Assembly: GCF_000017945.1 (NCBI RefSeq)
Contig: NC_009776.1
Coordinates: forward strand, 150,001-182,000
Reading direction: 5' to 3'
Length of the DNA: 32,000 nt
DNA from: Ignicoccus hospitalis KIN4/I
Lineage (GTDB): Archaea > Thermoproteota > Thermoprotei_A > Sulfolobales > Ignicoccaceae
Shown here: one piece after another, positions 1 through 8,650 of the stretch
Numbering within the stretch: position 1 is the first letter of the stretch
How the letters are laid out: each line of letters starts with the position of its first letter
The notes under the pieces: model-generated
What the model saw: only the letters and a program-made list of their open reading frames with translations
What the model was told of the DNA's origin: nothing
The model's database searches: none
Program-made: the position numbers and the translations under genes

Positions 1-108
1 GAGGAGGAGCGAGGTGGCCGAACTAATGAGGTCGGTCTGGGGCTTGAGGTAGAGGTTTCGAAAGGAAATTAATTTTGAGAAAGTTTGGCCTTAAGCGGAG
101 CAAGGACA

Positions 109-804
109 ATGGTGGAGACGTCTGTAGAGCTGAGCAAAGTGGCGTTTTACGTAATTACGTTGCTACTAGCATTGGCCTTCATACAGTACTCTTTGATCAA
201 TTACAACACTGGAGAACTGTGGTACCCCTTCGTCGCAGGTCCTCTCATGGGGATCTCTTTCCTCCTCTTAGTAGCTATAACGGCCTTCGGAGGAGACTAC
301 CAACTCGCCGCGTTACTGAACATACTGTTTATAGTGTTGACACTGACCGCCTACGCCGTAACCTTCGAAACGTCCTCAATAATCGATTACGAGTACGTAG
401 CGTTCATGCTATCCTTGAACTTGCTGTTGGTAGTATACATGGACAGGAAAGAGGGCAGCGTGGACCTTGCCCCTATGTTCTTGCGCCTCTCGCTCCTCGT
501 GACTTACGTGCCCTTCCTACTATTCGTGCTTTTGGCGTTCAAGTACGGTTACTATTATAGCTACCTAGCTATGATAATGGCATTGATATTATCGCTAAGC
601 AATTTCTTGCTCCTAATTCCAACCTTTACCCAGAGCCTCTTACAAACGCTCGTGTTGGAGTCGTTCGTGATGTTCGTGTTCCTAATTTACGTCCTCGCGT
701 CAAGTCCAATAGGGCCCGACGTGTGCGAGTGGATAATTCGGGCCACACTCCTTTCCAGCTATTTAACCCTATTATGGACCGCCTTTAGGAGCAGATGGGA
801 ATGA
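109..804 (+). CDS. multi-pass integral membrane protein, function unknown
   Basis: ORF 85..804 has about 7 helix-length hydrophobic segments (VAFYVITLLLALAFIQ, LMGISFLLLVAITAF, VPFLLFVLLAF and others). The AT-rich box aaattaatttt at 66-76 favours ATG 109 over TTG 85 as the start. The stop overlaps the start of the next gene. Confidence 0.6.
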   Translation: MVETSVELSKVAFYVITLLLALAFIQYSLINYNTGELWYPFVAGPLMGISFLLLVAITAFGGDYQLAALLNILFIVLTLTAYAVTFETSSIIDYEYVAFMLSLNLLLVVYMDRKEGSVDLAPMFLRLSLLVTYVPFLLFVLLAFKYGYYYSYLAMIMALILSLSNFLLLIPTFTQSLLQTLVLESFVMFVFLIYVLASSPIGPDVCEWIIRATLLSSYLTLLWTAFRSRWE

Positions 805-1592
805 TAACGCTAAGCTGGGGCTCTCTGGCGGCCTTGATTAGGAGGGCGGACGTAGTCGTAGAGACCGTAGACGCCCGGGTGCCGCTCAACACTCGGAGCA
901 GGAGGCTCGAGCGCCTAGTAGAAACCATGGGTAAGCCCGTAATTATAGCCCTGAACAAGGCCGACTTGGTCCCCCGCGAAGTGGCCGAAGAGTGGACGAG
1001 GATCTTTAGGGGGGAGGGTTACGAGGCGGTTTACCTAGCCGCCAGGGAGCACAAGGGAACCCGCGTGCTTAGGAAGAAGATAAACAGAGCGACGGATGTG
1101 AGGCCCGTCGTAGTGGCGGTGGTGGGCTACCCCAAGACCGGGAAGAGTACGGTGATAAACGCCTTAAGGGGGAGGGCCGGCGCGAGCACCTCTCCCGTAC
1201 CCGGCAGCCCAGGCTTCACCAAGAGGCCCGGCCTCTACAGGGGGCCCGGTCAGATATACTTCCTCGACACGCCCGGCGTAATACCGCCCGACGGGAACCC
1301 CCTCGAGAAGACCTTGAGGGGCGCGCCGCCCGAGAAGCTCAAGGACCCGGTTGGCGTCGCCGCGGAGCTCTACAAGTTCATCAAGAAGTACAACCCCGAA
1401 GCCTTCGAAGAGGCTTACGGCTTCGACACCGGAGAGCCCTACTCTTTCTTGGAGGAGCTGGCGAGGAGGAGGGGTTGGTTCTACAAGAGCGATCACGAGC
1501 CGCTGGTGGAGGAAGCGGCCAAAGCCCTTCTCTACGATTACCACAAGGGCAAAATACCGTTCTACGTGCCGCCCGGTGAGTATTGGAGATGA
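795..1592 (+). CDS. circularly permuted GTPase (YlqF/RbgA/YawG-like ribosome-biogenesis GTPase family)
   Basis: The G motifs occur in permuted order in the translation: NKADL (G4) precedes GYPKTGKST (G1/P-loop) and DTPG (G3). The N-terminal VVETVDARVP is typical of this family. Confidence 0.85.
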   Translation: MGMITLSWGSLAALIRRADVVVETVDARVPLNTRSRRLERLVETMGKPVIIALNKADLVPREVAEEWTRIFRGEGYEAVYLAAREHKGTRVLRKKINRATDVRPVVVAVVGYPKTGKSTVINALRGRAGASTSPVPGSPGFTKRPGLYRGPGQIYFLDTPGVIPPDGNPLEKTLRGAPPEKLKDPVGVAAELYKFIKKYNPEAFEEAYGFDTGEPYSFLEELARRRGWFYKSDHEPLVEEAAKALLYDYHKGKIPFYVPPGEYWR

Positions 1593-1678
1593 GGAGGGCT
1601 GGTATTGGTGAGCGCGGCGATGAACGCGGATGCCAGGGCCGAGTCCCCCGCTTGCTCGTACTCTATCCTCAGAGGAAG

Positions 1679-2470
1679 ATGCCTCGTTCGGTCCTCATCT
1701 TAGGAGCTTATTTGACCAAGCTAGGCGCGATAACTTCCTTGAAGTCCTACGAGGAGCTCAGTTGCCGCGACTTGGAACGCTTCGACCTGGTCGTCGCTAG
1801 GGGTTTGCCGTACTACTACGACTCCGTGAGGATGCTCTCCTTGATAGAGTGCTTAAGAACAGCGAGGAAGGTGATAAACGACCCGCAAGCCACGCTCGTA
1901 GCGCGCAACAAGTACGTTTCTATGAAAGTGCTCGAATCAAACGGCGTACCGGTACCGAAGACCTTTCTAGTGAGGACTAGGTTCGAATTGCTAGAAAAGG
2001 TAAAGGAGCTAGGCGAAGTCGTCGTAAAGCCTCTCTCCAACAGCCTCGGCTTGGGGGTCAACAGAGTTGACGAGAGGTCCATCCACTACCTAATCCCCCT
2101 GTTGCCTTATACCTTCGACTTGGTCATTCAAGAGTACGTGGAGAAGGTCCGAGACGTCCGGTCCTTCGTGATAGGGAACAGAGCAGTAGCTTCTATGTAT
2201 AGAATATCGCCTTTCAAGTTCGCCACTAACTACGCCCAAGGCTCTGACGTAGACCCGGCGCCTCTCGAAGAGTACTCGGAGATCTCGGTGAAGGCCGTAA
2301 GGGCGTTGGGGCTGAGCTACGGCGGCGTGGACTTGGTGGAGAGCCCCGAGGGCCCCAAGGTAATAGAAGTTAACCCGTCCCCCCTCTGGTTCGGGGTCTC
2401 GAGGGCTTGTAACGTCGACGTTGGGTTCGAGCTGGCGAAGTTCTTGTTTGAGGAGGCCTGTGAGGACTAG
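1679..2470 (+). CDS. ATP-grasp ligase, RimK/LysX family
   Basis: The central and C-terminal regions align by eye with RimK/LysX (VVKPLSNSLGLGV, IQEYVEK..DVRSFVIG, GGVDLVES..G..VIEVNPSP). The ORF track starts at 1583, but that N-terminal extension is Arg/Gly-rich. ATG 1679 (MPRSVLILGA) matches the usual family N-terminus. Confidence 0.75.
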   Translation: MPRSVLILGAYLTKLGAITSLKSYEELSCRDLERFDLVVARGLPYYYDSVRMLSLIECLRTARKVINDPQATLVARNKYVSMKVLESNGVPVPKTFLVRTRFELLEKVKELGEVVVKPLSNSLGLGVNRVDERSIHYLIPLLPYTFDLVIQEYVEKVRDVRSFVIGNRAVASMYRISPFKFATNYAQGSDVDPAPLEEYSEISVKAVRALGLSYGGVDLVESPEGPKVIEVNPSPLWFGVSRACNVDVGFELAKFLFEEACED

Positions 2471-2516
2471 ACGGGACCCGATCGGTGAGGAGCAGGCTAG
2501 GATCCGAGGCACAAAG

Positions 2517-2525
2517 TTTATTAAA
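2517..2525 (+). promoter_or_regulatory. TATA-like box for tRNA-Ser
   Basis: tttattaaa ends about 25 nt upstream of the mature tRNA 5' end (2550). Confidence 0.5.
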
Positions 2526-2549
2526 GGTTCGTGGCTCCCATGCCCCGGA

Positions 2550-2637
2550 GCCGGGGTCGCCTAGCCTGGCCAGGGCGCCGGCCTGCTAAGCCGGTGGGGG
2601 AAACCCCGCGCGGGTTCAAATCCCGCCCCCGGCGCCA
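2550..2637 (+). tRNA. tRNA-Ser (anticodon GCT), CCA encoded
   Basis: Folded by hand. Acceptor is GCCGGGG/CCCCGGC. Anticodon arm is CCGGC-CTGCTAA-GCCGG, with GCT at 2585-2587. There is a long variable arm (GGGGG-AAA-CCCC), T arm GCGGG-TTCAAAT-CCCGC, discriminator G, then CCA. Confidence 0.92.
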
Positions 2638-2730
2638 TCCTTCCCGCCGCTCACTCAAATCCTCGAAACCTACGAAAAAAGGAACTCACGCTAGGAGAGT
2701 ATTGAGGATCAACATTAATAAAAATGTCCT

Positions 2731-3093
2731 TTAGTGAAGGCTCTCCTCGACGGCCCTCAACGCCTCCTCTATAGTGGTCCTAGGCTTGACTCTCACTACC
2801 ACTTTTCCGTGTTTCTTCATGAAGTCTTCCCCTCCGGGGCCGAAGACGGTGTAAACGAATATGTCGCAGTCCTTGTTAAGTTCTAATATTTTCTGTCTCT
2901 TCTCCAAGGTGTTGTGTTCGTGCTCGTGTTCTTCGTCCTCCTTGTAAGGGTTCACTACCTCGCTAACCAAGGTCCACCCGTCTTCTCCTTTTACGTAATG
3001 CAAGTAATACTTAGCGTCGCCGAAGTGGCCGAGCTTTACGGTCTTCTTGTCGTCCGTGGGTATTACGACGCACACCATTTCCCGTCCCGGCAT
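2731..3093 (-). CDS. NifX/NifB-C-terminal-like (dinitrogenase FeMo-cofactor-binding fold, COG1433-type) small protein
   Basis: Family pattern seen: VKLGHFGDAKYY (HFG motif), NPY, FGPGGEDFMKKHGKVV, TIEEALRAV. There is an acidic His-rich insertion, EDEEHEHEHN. Confidence 0.6.
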   Translation of the reverse strand: MPGREMVCVVIPTDDKKTVKLGHFGDAKYYLHYVKGEDGWTLVSEVVNPYKEDEEHEHEHNTLEKRQKILELNKDCDIFVYTVFGPGGEDFMKKHGKVVVRVKPRTTIEEALRAVEESLH

Positions 3094-3124
3094 TCCGGGG
3101 ACGGACCGGTTAGATAAACCTAAT

Positions 3125-3502
3125 TCAGTCGAAGCCCGGCCCCCTGAGCCTTAGTATGTCCCACTCCTCCGCCGCTTCTACCAACCACCCGGCCAAGATT
3201 TTGGCCATCTCCCTCTTGGCTTCCTCTTCGTCTTCAATGGGGTAATCCGCATTCCGGAAAGCCTCCAAGGCCATTTCTGCATTTATCTTGTTTAAGAAGT
3301 GCTCTTCCAACTCCTTTAATAAGTCTATAAGCCTCATTTTGTCTTTAGCTACCTTCCTTAAGTAATTGAAATCGTCCTCGCTTAGGAAGGCCTTGTCGTA
3401 CCATTCAGTACCCTTGACCAGTTCCAAGTAGTGCTTCAGCGGTTCGTAGTTCCTCACTATCTTGCCGGAGCTCGCGAAAGGTCTCCACGGGAGCTCTACC
3501 AA
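3125..3502 (-). CDS. hypothetical protein (predicted helical, acidic)
   Basis: 125-aa ORF with a TTG start and protein-like composition, in tandem with the NifX-like gene on the same strand. No motif recognised. Confidence 0.5.
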   Translation of the reverse strand: MVELPWRPFASSGKIVRNYEPLKHYLELVKGTEWYDKAFLSEDDFNYLRKVAKDKMRLIDLLKELEEHFLNKINAEMALEAFRNADYPIEDEEEAKREMAKILAGWLVEAAEEWDILRLRGPGFD

Positions 3503-3563
3503 GGCTGGATCACGCTCAAGCGTAAGTTCGGCACTGGCTGTATATAAGATATAGAGGGAAGTG

Positions 3564-3641
3564 TGGCGCCGCGGCCGGGATTTGAACCCGGGTCACGGGC
3601 TTGACAGGCCCGCATACTGGGCCAGGCTATACTACCGCGGC
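3564..3641 (-). tRNA. tRNA-Asp (anticodon GTC), CCA encoded
   Basis: The reverse complement reads GCCGCGGTAGTATAGCCTGGCCCAGTATGCGGGCCTGTCAAGCCCGTGACCCGGGTTCAAATCCCGGCCGCGGCGCCA. Acceptor is GCCGCGG/CCGCGGC. The anticodon loop is CTGTCAA, with GTC as the complement of 3603-3605. T arm is CCGGG-TTCAAAT-CCCGG. The D stem needs two G-U pairs. Confidence 0.9.
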
Positions 3642-3670
3642 ACTTCCCGCGCGTTCGGGAGAGCATACCG

Positions 3671-3682
3671 TTTAAAAATTTT
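3671..3682. promoter_or_regulatory. palindromic TATA-like box between tRNA-Asp (minus) and glmS (plus)
   Basis: tttaaaaatttt lies about 30 nt upstream of the tRNA-Asp 5' end (3641) on the minus strand and about 57 nt upstream of the glmS start on the plus strand. Confidence 0.45.
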
Positions 3683-3738
3683 GTGCGACGGGAGAGCGCA
3701 AAAACTGAAGGAGGCGAAAGGCCCTAGGGCCCACTGAC

Positions 3739-5517
3739 TTGTGCGGCATTGCCGGCATAGCGGCTAGGGAAGAGTACTACGACGACGTCTTGAAGGAACT
3801 AATAAGGTTGCTCGAGTCCTTGGAGTACAGGGGTTACGACTCCGCCGGGATCGCAGTCTATGACGTAGATTCCAAGAAAATAAGGGTTTGGAAGAAGAAG
3901 GGTAAGGTAGCGGACCTAGTTAAGCTGCTAAGGTCCCAGCTGGGCGACTTCAAGCTCAAGGCCAGCGTGGGCATAGCTCACACCCGCTGGGCCACGCACG
4001 GCGAGCCGAAGGATGAGAACGCGCACCCCCATATTGATTGTGAGGGCAAAGTTGCGGTCGTCCACAACGGAATAATTTCAAACTACAAAGAGCTCAAGCG
4101 AGAGCTCGAGGCGAGGGGTCACTCGTTCAGAAGCGAGACGGACACGGAGGTCTTTGCACACCTATTCGAGGAAGAGCTAAAACGTAAGGAACCCTTTGAG
4201 GCCTTCAAGGCAGCCGTCGCACGTCTCGAGGGGTACTACGCAATAGTTGCGATAACTTCCCTCGAGCCGCACAAGGTGTTCTTCGCGCGTAAGGAGAGCC
4301 CCTTAGTGGTGGGAAGGGGGCCTAAAGGGAATTACGTCTCCAGCGACGTCGTCAGCTTGGTGGGCAACTGTTGGGAGGTATCGCCTTTATACGACGACGA
4401 CGTAGGGTGGATGAACGATAAGGAGATCTACGTTGAGAGGGGAGGCGTGCGGAGGCGTTTGAGTTTCATCAAGCCTACATGGAGCCCCGTCCAAGCCCAG
4501 AAGGGAAGCTACGAATACTTCATGCTCAAGGAAATACACGAGCAACCTCAGGTGGTCAAGGAGACTCTGATATCAATAGCTTCGGAGTGGGACAAGGTGG
4601 AGGAGGTCGTAAACCTTCTCGAAGGCTGGGCGGTGGTGGTCGCCGCCGGCACCTCCTACCACGCCGGCTTGATATTCTCGTATAACGTAATGAAAGAGAC
4701 CGGAAGATATATTCCAGTCATAGACGCCAGCGAGGCGCCCCACTTTTCTAAATTGCTCAAGGGAACGGTCGTAGCTATAAGTCAGAGCGGTGAAACGTAT
4801 GACACCCTCAAGGCCGTGAGGATTGCTAAGGAAAACGGGGCAAAGGTTGTAGGAGTGGTTAACGTGGTGGGCTCTACCCTAGACAGAGAGGCGGACGTGA
4901 GCCTTTACACTAGGGCCGGGCCGGAGATAGGCGTAGCCGCTACAAAGACCTTCTTAACGCAGTTGAGCGTCTTGAATGCGTTGGTCGCTAGGATGGTCGG
5001 GGAGGGCGCGAACAGGGTAAGGGAGATGGCGAACGAGCTCAGCAAGATAACTAAAGAGAGCATAGAGGTCAGCGCCGGCTACGCTAAGGGGCTTGCCGAT
5101 CAACTGTACACCAAGCGGGACATGTACGTCCTGGGGACGGGGATTTCTTACCCAGTTGCGATGGAAGGTGCATTGAAAATTAAAGAGATATCCTACGTCC
5201 ACGCGGAGGCCTACCCCGCCGGCGAGGCTAAGCACGGTCCCATAGCCTTGGCGGAGCCGGGTTTCCCCGTCCTCTTAGTCTGGACCCCGGAGGACGTCGA
5301 AAAGTTAGAGGTGGCCGAGAAAGAGTTCGAGAGCAGGGGAAGCGAGGTCTACTGGGTGGCCCCGAGAGGGGACGTCCCGATCCCCGAAGTCGATTGGAAG
5401 TACGTCCCCTTTGCCTTGACACCGCCCTTGCAGCTGTTGTCGTACTACATGGCAGTTAAGAAGGGCTTGGACCCCGACAAGCCTAGGAACTTGGCGAAGA
5501 GCGTCACAGTTCATTAA
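3739..5517 (+). CDS. glmS: glutamine--fructose-6-phosphate aminotransferase (isomerising)
   Basis: N-terminal MCGIAGI carries the catalytic Cys2 of class II amidotransferases. RGYDSAGIA, HTRWATHG and two SIS domains (SQSGETYDT) are present. The C-terminal KSVTVH is typical of GlmS. TTG start. Confidence 0.95.
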   Translation: MCGIAGIAAREEYYDDVLKELIRLLESLEYRGYDSAGIAVYDVDSKKIRVWKKKGKVADLVKLLRSQLGDFKLKASVGIAHTRWATHGEPKDENAHPHIDCEGKVAVVHNGIISNYKELKRELEARGHSFRSETDTEVFAHLFEEELKRKEPFEAFKAAVARLEGYYAIVAITSLEPHKVFFARKESPLVVGRGPKGNYVSSDVVSLVGNCWEVSPLYDDDVGWMNDKEIYVERGGVRRRLSFIKPTWSPVQAQKGSYEYFMLKEIHEQPQVVKETLISIASEWDKVEEVVNLLEGWAVVVAAGTSYHAGLIFSYNVMKETGRYIPVIDASEAPHFSKLLKGTVVAISQSGETYDTLKAVRIAKENGAKVVGVVNVVGSTLDREADVSLYTRAGPEIGVAATKTFLTQLSVLNALVARMVGEGANRVREMANELSKITKESIEVSAGYAKGLADQLYTKRDMYVLGTGISYPVAMEGALKIKEISYVHAEAYPAGEAKHGPIALAEPGFPVLLVWTPEDVEKLEVAEKEFESRGSEVYWVAPRGDVPIPEVDWKYVPFALTPPLQLLSYYMAVKKGLDPDKPRNLAKSVTVH

Positions 5518-5573
5518 GCTTACTCCAACCTTAATCAGCGCTCCTCCGTAAGTCTGGCGCGGGACTTCAAGGC

Positions 5574-6308
5574 TTGTTGGAAACAGCTGTCCTAACGTCT
5601 TCCAGCGGAGGCTGCGGGAAGACTCTGTTGGGCGCCGAACTGGCGAGGAGGGGTTACGTCGTGCTGACCGCCTCTCCTATAACTAACTACTTGAACTCTT
5701 ACAGAGTTATGGAAAGGTACGAGATCTACGACGCCCTCAAGGCTTACGTCGATGAGGGCGCTTGTGATAGGTGCGGGGAGTGTTTGGAAGCTTGCACGAA
5801 GGGGGCGATAACGGAGGACTTTAAGGTAATAGAAGGTTTGTGCGAGGGCTGCCCGGCTTGCGCCTACGCTTGCCCCAGGGGAGCGATCAAGTTCAAACAG
5901 ACCAAAGGCGCAGAGTACGAAATAATCAAGGTTGAAGAGGGCTTTGTCATAGAGGTACGCGTGGAGCCTGGCCTCAACGAGCTCAGCTACTTGCTCGGCT
6001 TAATGGGGGTCGCGCGGAGGTTGGCGGAGGACAACGGAATCGGAACAGTTCTAGTGGAGACGAGGGCTCGGTTGCCGGCGCAGAAGGGCTTGTTCTTTGT
6101 TAGGAAACACCCGGGGGCGGAGGACCAAGTGAAGGAGTTCGAGCTGCGCTCGACCGGCTACGAGAGGGACGCGGCGGTAGTCGTCAATGTGGGCCTCGGA
6201 GACTTCGATGTTAACACGTCTTTAAAGAAGTTCTACATGCCTCATAAAGAAGACCCAAGCTTCAGCACCTTTGTCGAGGAGGTGGTAGAATGGTTAGAGT
6301 CGCGGTAG
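5574..6308 (+). CDS. MinD/CooC-superfamily P-loop protein with inserted 2x[4Fe-4S] ferredoxin domain (COG1149-like), degenerate
   Basis: N-terminal SSSGGCGKT is a Walker A that lacks the signature Lys of the deviant KGGxGK[ST] motif. It is followed by CDRCGECLEAC and CEGCPACAYACP cluster motifs. No clear Walker B Asp (VLVETRA). Confidence 0.7.
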   Translation: MLETAVLTSSSGGCGKTLLGAELARRGYVVLTASPITNYLNSYRVMERYEIYDALKAYVDEGACDRCGECLEACTKGAITEDFKVIEGLCEGCPACAYACPRGAIKFKQTKGAEYEIIKVEEGFVIEVRVEPGLNELSYLLGLMGVARRLAEDNGIGTVLVETRARLPAQKGLFFVRKHPGAEDQVKEFELRSTGYERDAAVVVNVGLGDFDVNTSLKKFYMPHKEDPSFSTFVEEVVEWLESR

Positions 6309-6925
6309 TCGGCTTGGGAGGGGAGGGGAAGACTCTGCTCTCCCTCAAGCTCGCCGAGCTCCTAGGGGCTGTCCCGGTAGAAGCTAAGGAGGTATGCGAG
6401 CTCCACTACTTCATCCGCGCGCCGAGGGTCCTCATCAAGACCGTGGAATCGTTCTACCCGGCGGTCGTTAAGGACAAATGCTTGAGGTGTAACTTGTGCG
6501 CGGCGGCTTGTCCGGACAAGGCTATGTTGCGGGACGAGGAGGGCTATCCGAGCTCGGTACCCGACTTGTGCAGTTCGTGCACCTCATGCTTCTGGGCGTG
6601 TCCGCACGGGGCCTTAGAGAGGCGCTCGAAGGTCGTAGCGAAAATATATAAGGTAGGAAAGGCTCTACAGCTCGAAGGTAAGTTCTTGAAGGGTCTGCTG
6701 AAGGACCTCGACTCCCTAGCGGGCAGCTCGTGGGTCCTCGACGCAGAACGCCCGGAGTACGCGCTCTTCGCAGACGCCGCGCTGGTCGTCAGCAGAGATC
6801 CAAAGCGGCGCGCGAGAGCCTTGCAGCTGGCCAACTTCCTCGAGAAGAACGGCACGCGCGCGGTCGTGGTGAACCCCGAGGAGCAGGGCGCGGAGGAAGT
6901 ACTCGACTTTCTCAATCATTTATAA
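6290..6925 (+). CDS. second MinD-like P-loop / 2x[4Fe-4S] ferredoxin-domain protein (COG1149-like), degenerate
   Basis: GLGGEGKT P-loop, then CLRCNLCAAACP and CSSCTSCFWACP. It overlaps the upstream paralogue by 19 nt, which suggests translational coupling. Confidence 0.7.
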   Translation: MVRVAVVGLGGEGKTLLSLKLAELLGAVPVEAKEVCELHYFIRAPRVLIKTVESFYPAVVKDKCLRCNLCAAACPDKAMLRDEEGYPSSVPDLCSSCTSCFWACPHGALERRSKVVAKIYKVGKALQLEGKFLKGLLKDLDSLAGSSWVLDAERPEYALFADAALVVSRDPKRRARALQLANFLEKNGTRAVVVNPEEQGAEEVLDFLNHL

Positions 6926-6926
6926 T
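6918..6926 (+). promoter_or_regulatory. TATA-like box for Alba gene
   Basis: atttataat overlaps the stop codon of the upstream gene and lies about 35 nt upstream of GTG 6959. A GGTGA Shine-Dalgarno-like element sits at 6948-6952. Confidence 0.5.
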
Positions 6927-6958
6927 CCCCCTCGGACCGGCTAGCCCGGTGAAAGGTC

Positions 6959-7252
6959 GTGGCCGCTCAGATACCCCAAAGCAACGAGGTTAGGGTCGGT
7001 AAGAAGCCCGTCATGAACTACGTGCTGGCGACCCTGACCCTCCTGAACCAGGGTGTGGACAGGATAGAGATAAAGGCCAGGGGTAGGGCCATAAGCAAGG
7101 CGGTAGACACCGTGGAGATAGTGAGGAACAGGTTCCTGCCCGGCCAAGTGAGGGTCGCTGAGATAAGGATCGGCAGCCAGACCGTGACCAGCGCCGACGG
7201 CAGGCAGAGCAGGATAAGCACCATAGACATAGTCTTGGAGAGGGTCAAGTAA
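6959..7252 (+). CDS. albA: DNA/RNA-binding protein Alba (Sso10b family)
   Basis: [16 protein letters not shown]...[24 protein letters not shown] is the highly characteristic Alba sequence. 97 aa. Confidence 0.95.
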   Translation: MAAQIPQSNEVRVGKKPVMNYVLATLTLLNQGVDRIEIKARGRAISKAVDTVEIVRNRFLPGQVRVAEIRIGSQTVTSADGRQSRISTIDIVLERVK

Positions 7253-7310
7253 GTCCGAACGAACCAAGCTATTTTTAGGCGCAAACTCTAAGCCTTACTA
7301 CGGGGCTAGC

Positions 7311-7631
7311 TTGGAGGAAACGAAAAAGGTAACCGTGTTCGAGGGCGAGGCTCGAATAGGTCTCATGAAGGTACCTACGCTAACCATCACCCTGGAGCCG
7401 GAGGACTTCGAGTCTCCCCTGTCCTTCCAAATGGCGCTAAGTAAGCTTATGGATGAGTTGACGAAAGCCTTTGAGAACCCTCCTGAGAGCAAGTACTTTG
7501 CAGAAGTGAAGTTCAGAGATCACTTAAACAGACCGGTGTTCGTCGCTGTCGACTTAGGCAAGAGTATACCTCCCTTCAGCAAGAATAAGGTGAAGGCAAG
7601 AATTGTGGTGGAGATCTACGAGGAAGAGTGA
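7311..7631 (+). CDS. hypothetical protein
   Basis: 106-aa ORF with a TTG start. A TATA-like ctatttttag (7269-7278) lies about 35 nt upstream. No recognisable motif. Confidence 0.45.
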   Translation: MEETKKVTVFEGEARIGLMKVPTLTITLEPEDFESPLSFQMALSKLMDELTKAFENPPESKYFAEVKFRDHLNRPVFVAVDLGKSIPPFSKNKVKARIVVEIYEEE

Positions 7632-7888
7632 CGCCCCTTCCGGGCTTCCAAGTACTCCTCCGTCCTCTTGCCAAGCCACTCCTCGAGGTCTACTATGGCG
7701 TACTCGAAGTTCCCCCTCTTCTCCAACAGTCCAAGCTTCGTCAGCCTCTTTATTATGTTAAGGGCGACCTTCCTCGAGAAGTAGGGAGACAAGACCTCTA
7801 GGCCCTCTCCCAGGTTAAAGCGGTCCCCGAAGCGCTTCTTGAGCAAATAGTAAACGCTCATCTCCCTCTTGTTTGGCCAGAAGCCCAT
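7616..7888 (-). CDS. small winged-helix (wHTH)-like DNA-binding protein
   Basis: 90 aa. RKVALNIIKRLTKLGLLEKRG resembles a wHTH recognition helix plus wing. It starts 3 nt after the hisA-like stop on the same strand. Confidence 0.45.
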   Translation of the reverse strand: MGFWPNKREMSVYYLLKKRFGDRFNLGEGLEVLSPYFSRKVALNIIKRLTKLGLLEKRGNFEYAIVDLEEWLGKRTEEYLEARKGRHSSS

Positions 7889-7891
7889 TCC

Positions 7892-8599
7892 CTACACCAG
7901 ATCCTTGAGGCGCAGCTTGCCGGAATATAAAGCCATCCCCAAAACGACCACGTCCGCCCCGGCGCTCTCCAAGAGCTTCACGTGCTCCGGACTCCCCACG
8001 CCCCCGGCGTACTCTAGGAGCTTGTCCGGGTACTCCCTTCTAATGTACTTGACGCCGCTCACGTCGGGCCCTTCCATAGTTCCTTCAGTGTCCACGTAAG
8101 TGTAGAGGAAACCCCTAAAGGACCTTCCCTTAAACTTCTCGAGTGCCTCCTTCAGACCTACGGGTATCTCTTCCTTCCATCCTTCGACGCTTACCTTGCC
8201 TCCTTTCAAGTCTATTGCGACGATTACCTTGTCCGCCCCGACCGCTTCCGAGGCGACCTCTAGGAACTCCGGATCCTTGTGGGCCCTACTACCAATGACG
8301 AATGCGTCTGCTTTAGGGTAGCGCTCTAAGTGTTCTACTTCCCTTAAGCCCCCTGCGACTTGGACCCACAGCCCGTACTCCTTCGCCTTCTCTATTACTT
8401 TGTTTATCACCTCAACGTTTATCGGCTTTCCTGCCTCTGCGCCGTCCAAGTCTACTACGTGAAGCCCCTTGGCTCCCTCGAGCGCCCAGAATTCGGCCCA
8501 CTTGACCGGATCGCCCAGGTCCAAGCCGGTGCCCTTGACACCCCTTACCCTCTTTACTGCCCGCCCCTCCGACACGTCTATGCTAGGAAAAACCCTCAT
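7892..8599 (-). CDS. hisA: HisA-family (beta/alpha)8 barrel, ProFAR isomerase-like
   Basis: MRVFPSIDVSEGRAVKRVRG (catalytic Asp near the N-terminus), HVVDLDGA, AGGL, and GGVGS...VVLGMALY phosphate-binding motifs. No other his genes are in the window. Confidence 0.75.
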   Translation of the reverse strand: MRVFPSIDVSEGRAVKRVRGVKGTGLDLGDPVKWAEFWALEGAKGLHVVDLDGAEAGKPINVEVINKVIEKAKEYGLWVQVAGGLREVEHLERYPKADAFVIGSRAHKDPEFLEVASEAVGADKVIVAIDLKGGKVSVEGWKEEIPVGLKEALEKFKGRSFRGFLYTYVDTEGTMEGPDVSGVKYIRREYPDKLLEYAGGVGSPEHVKLLESAGADVVVLGMALYSGKLRLKDLV

Positions 8600-8650
8600 T
8601 TCCGTCCAGCCGGGGGGACCGGACGGCGGGTGAGGTAAATACTGGAGGTC

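Noticed and set aside
1-72. Open frame from the window start to TAA 70-72 (EEERGGRTNEVGLGLEVEVSKGN*)
   Set aside because: It may be the 3' end of an upstream gene, but 23 codons with no recognisable motif cannot support a call.
2531-2734. 67-aa plus-strand ORF
   Set aside because: It spans tRNA-Ser(GCT), and the translation is Arg/Pro-rich junk.
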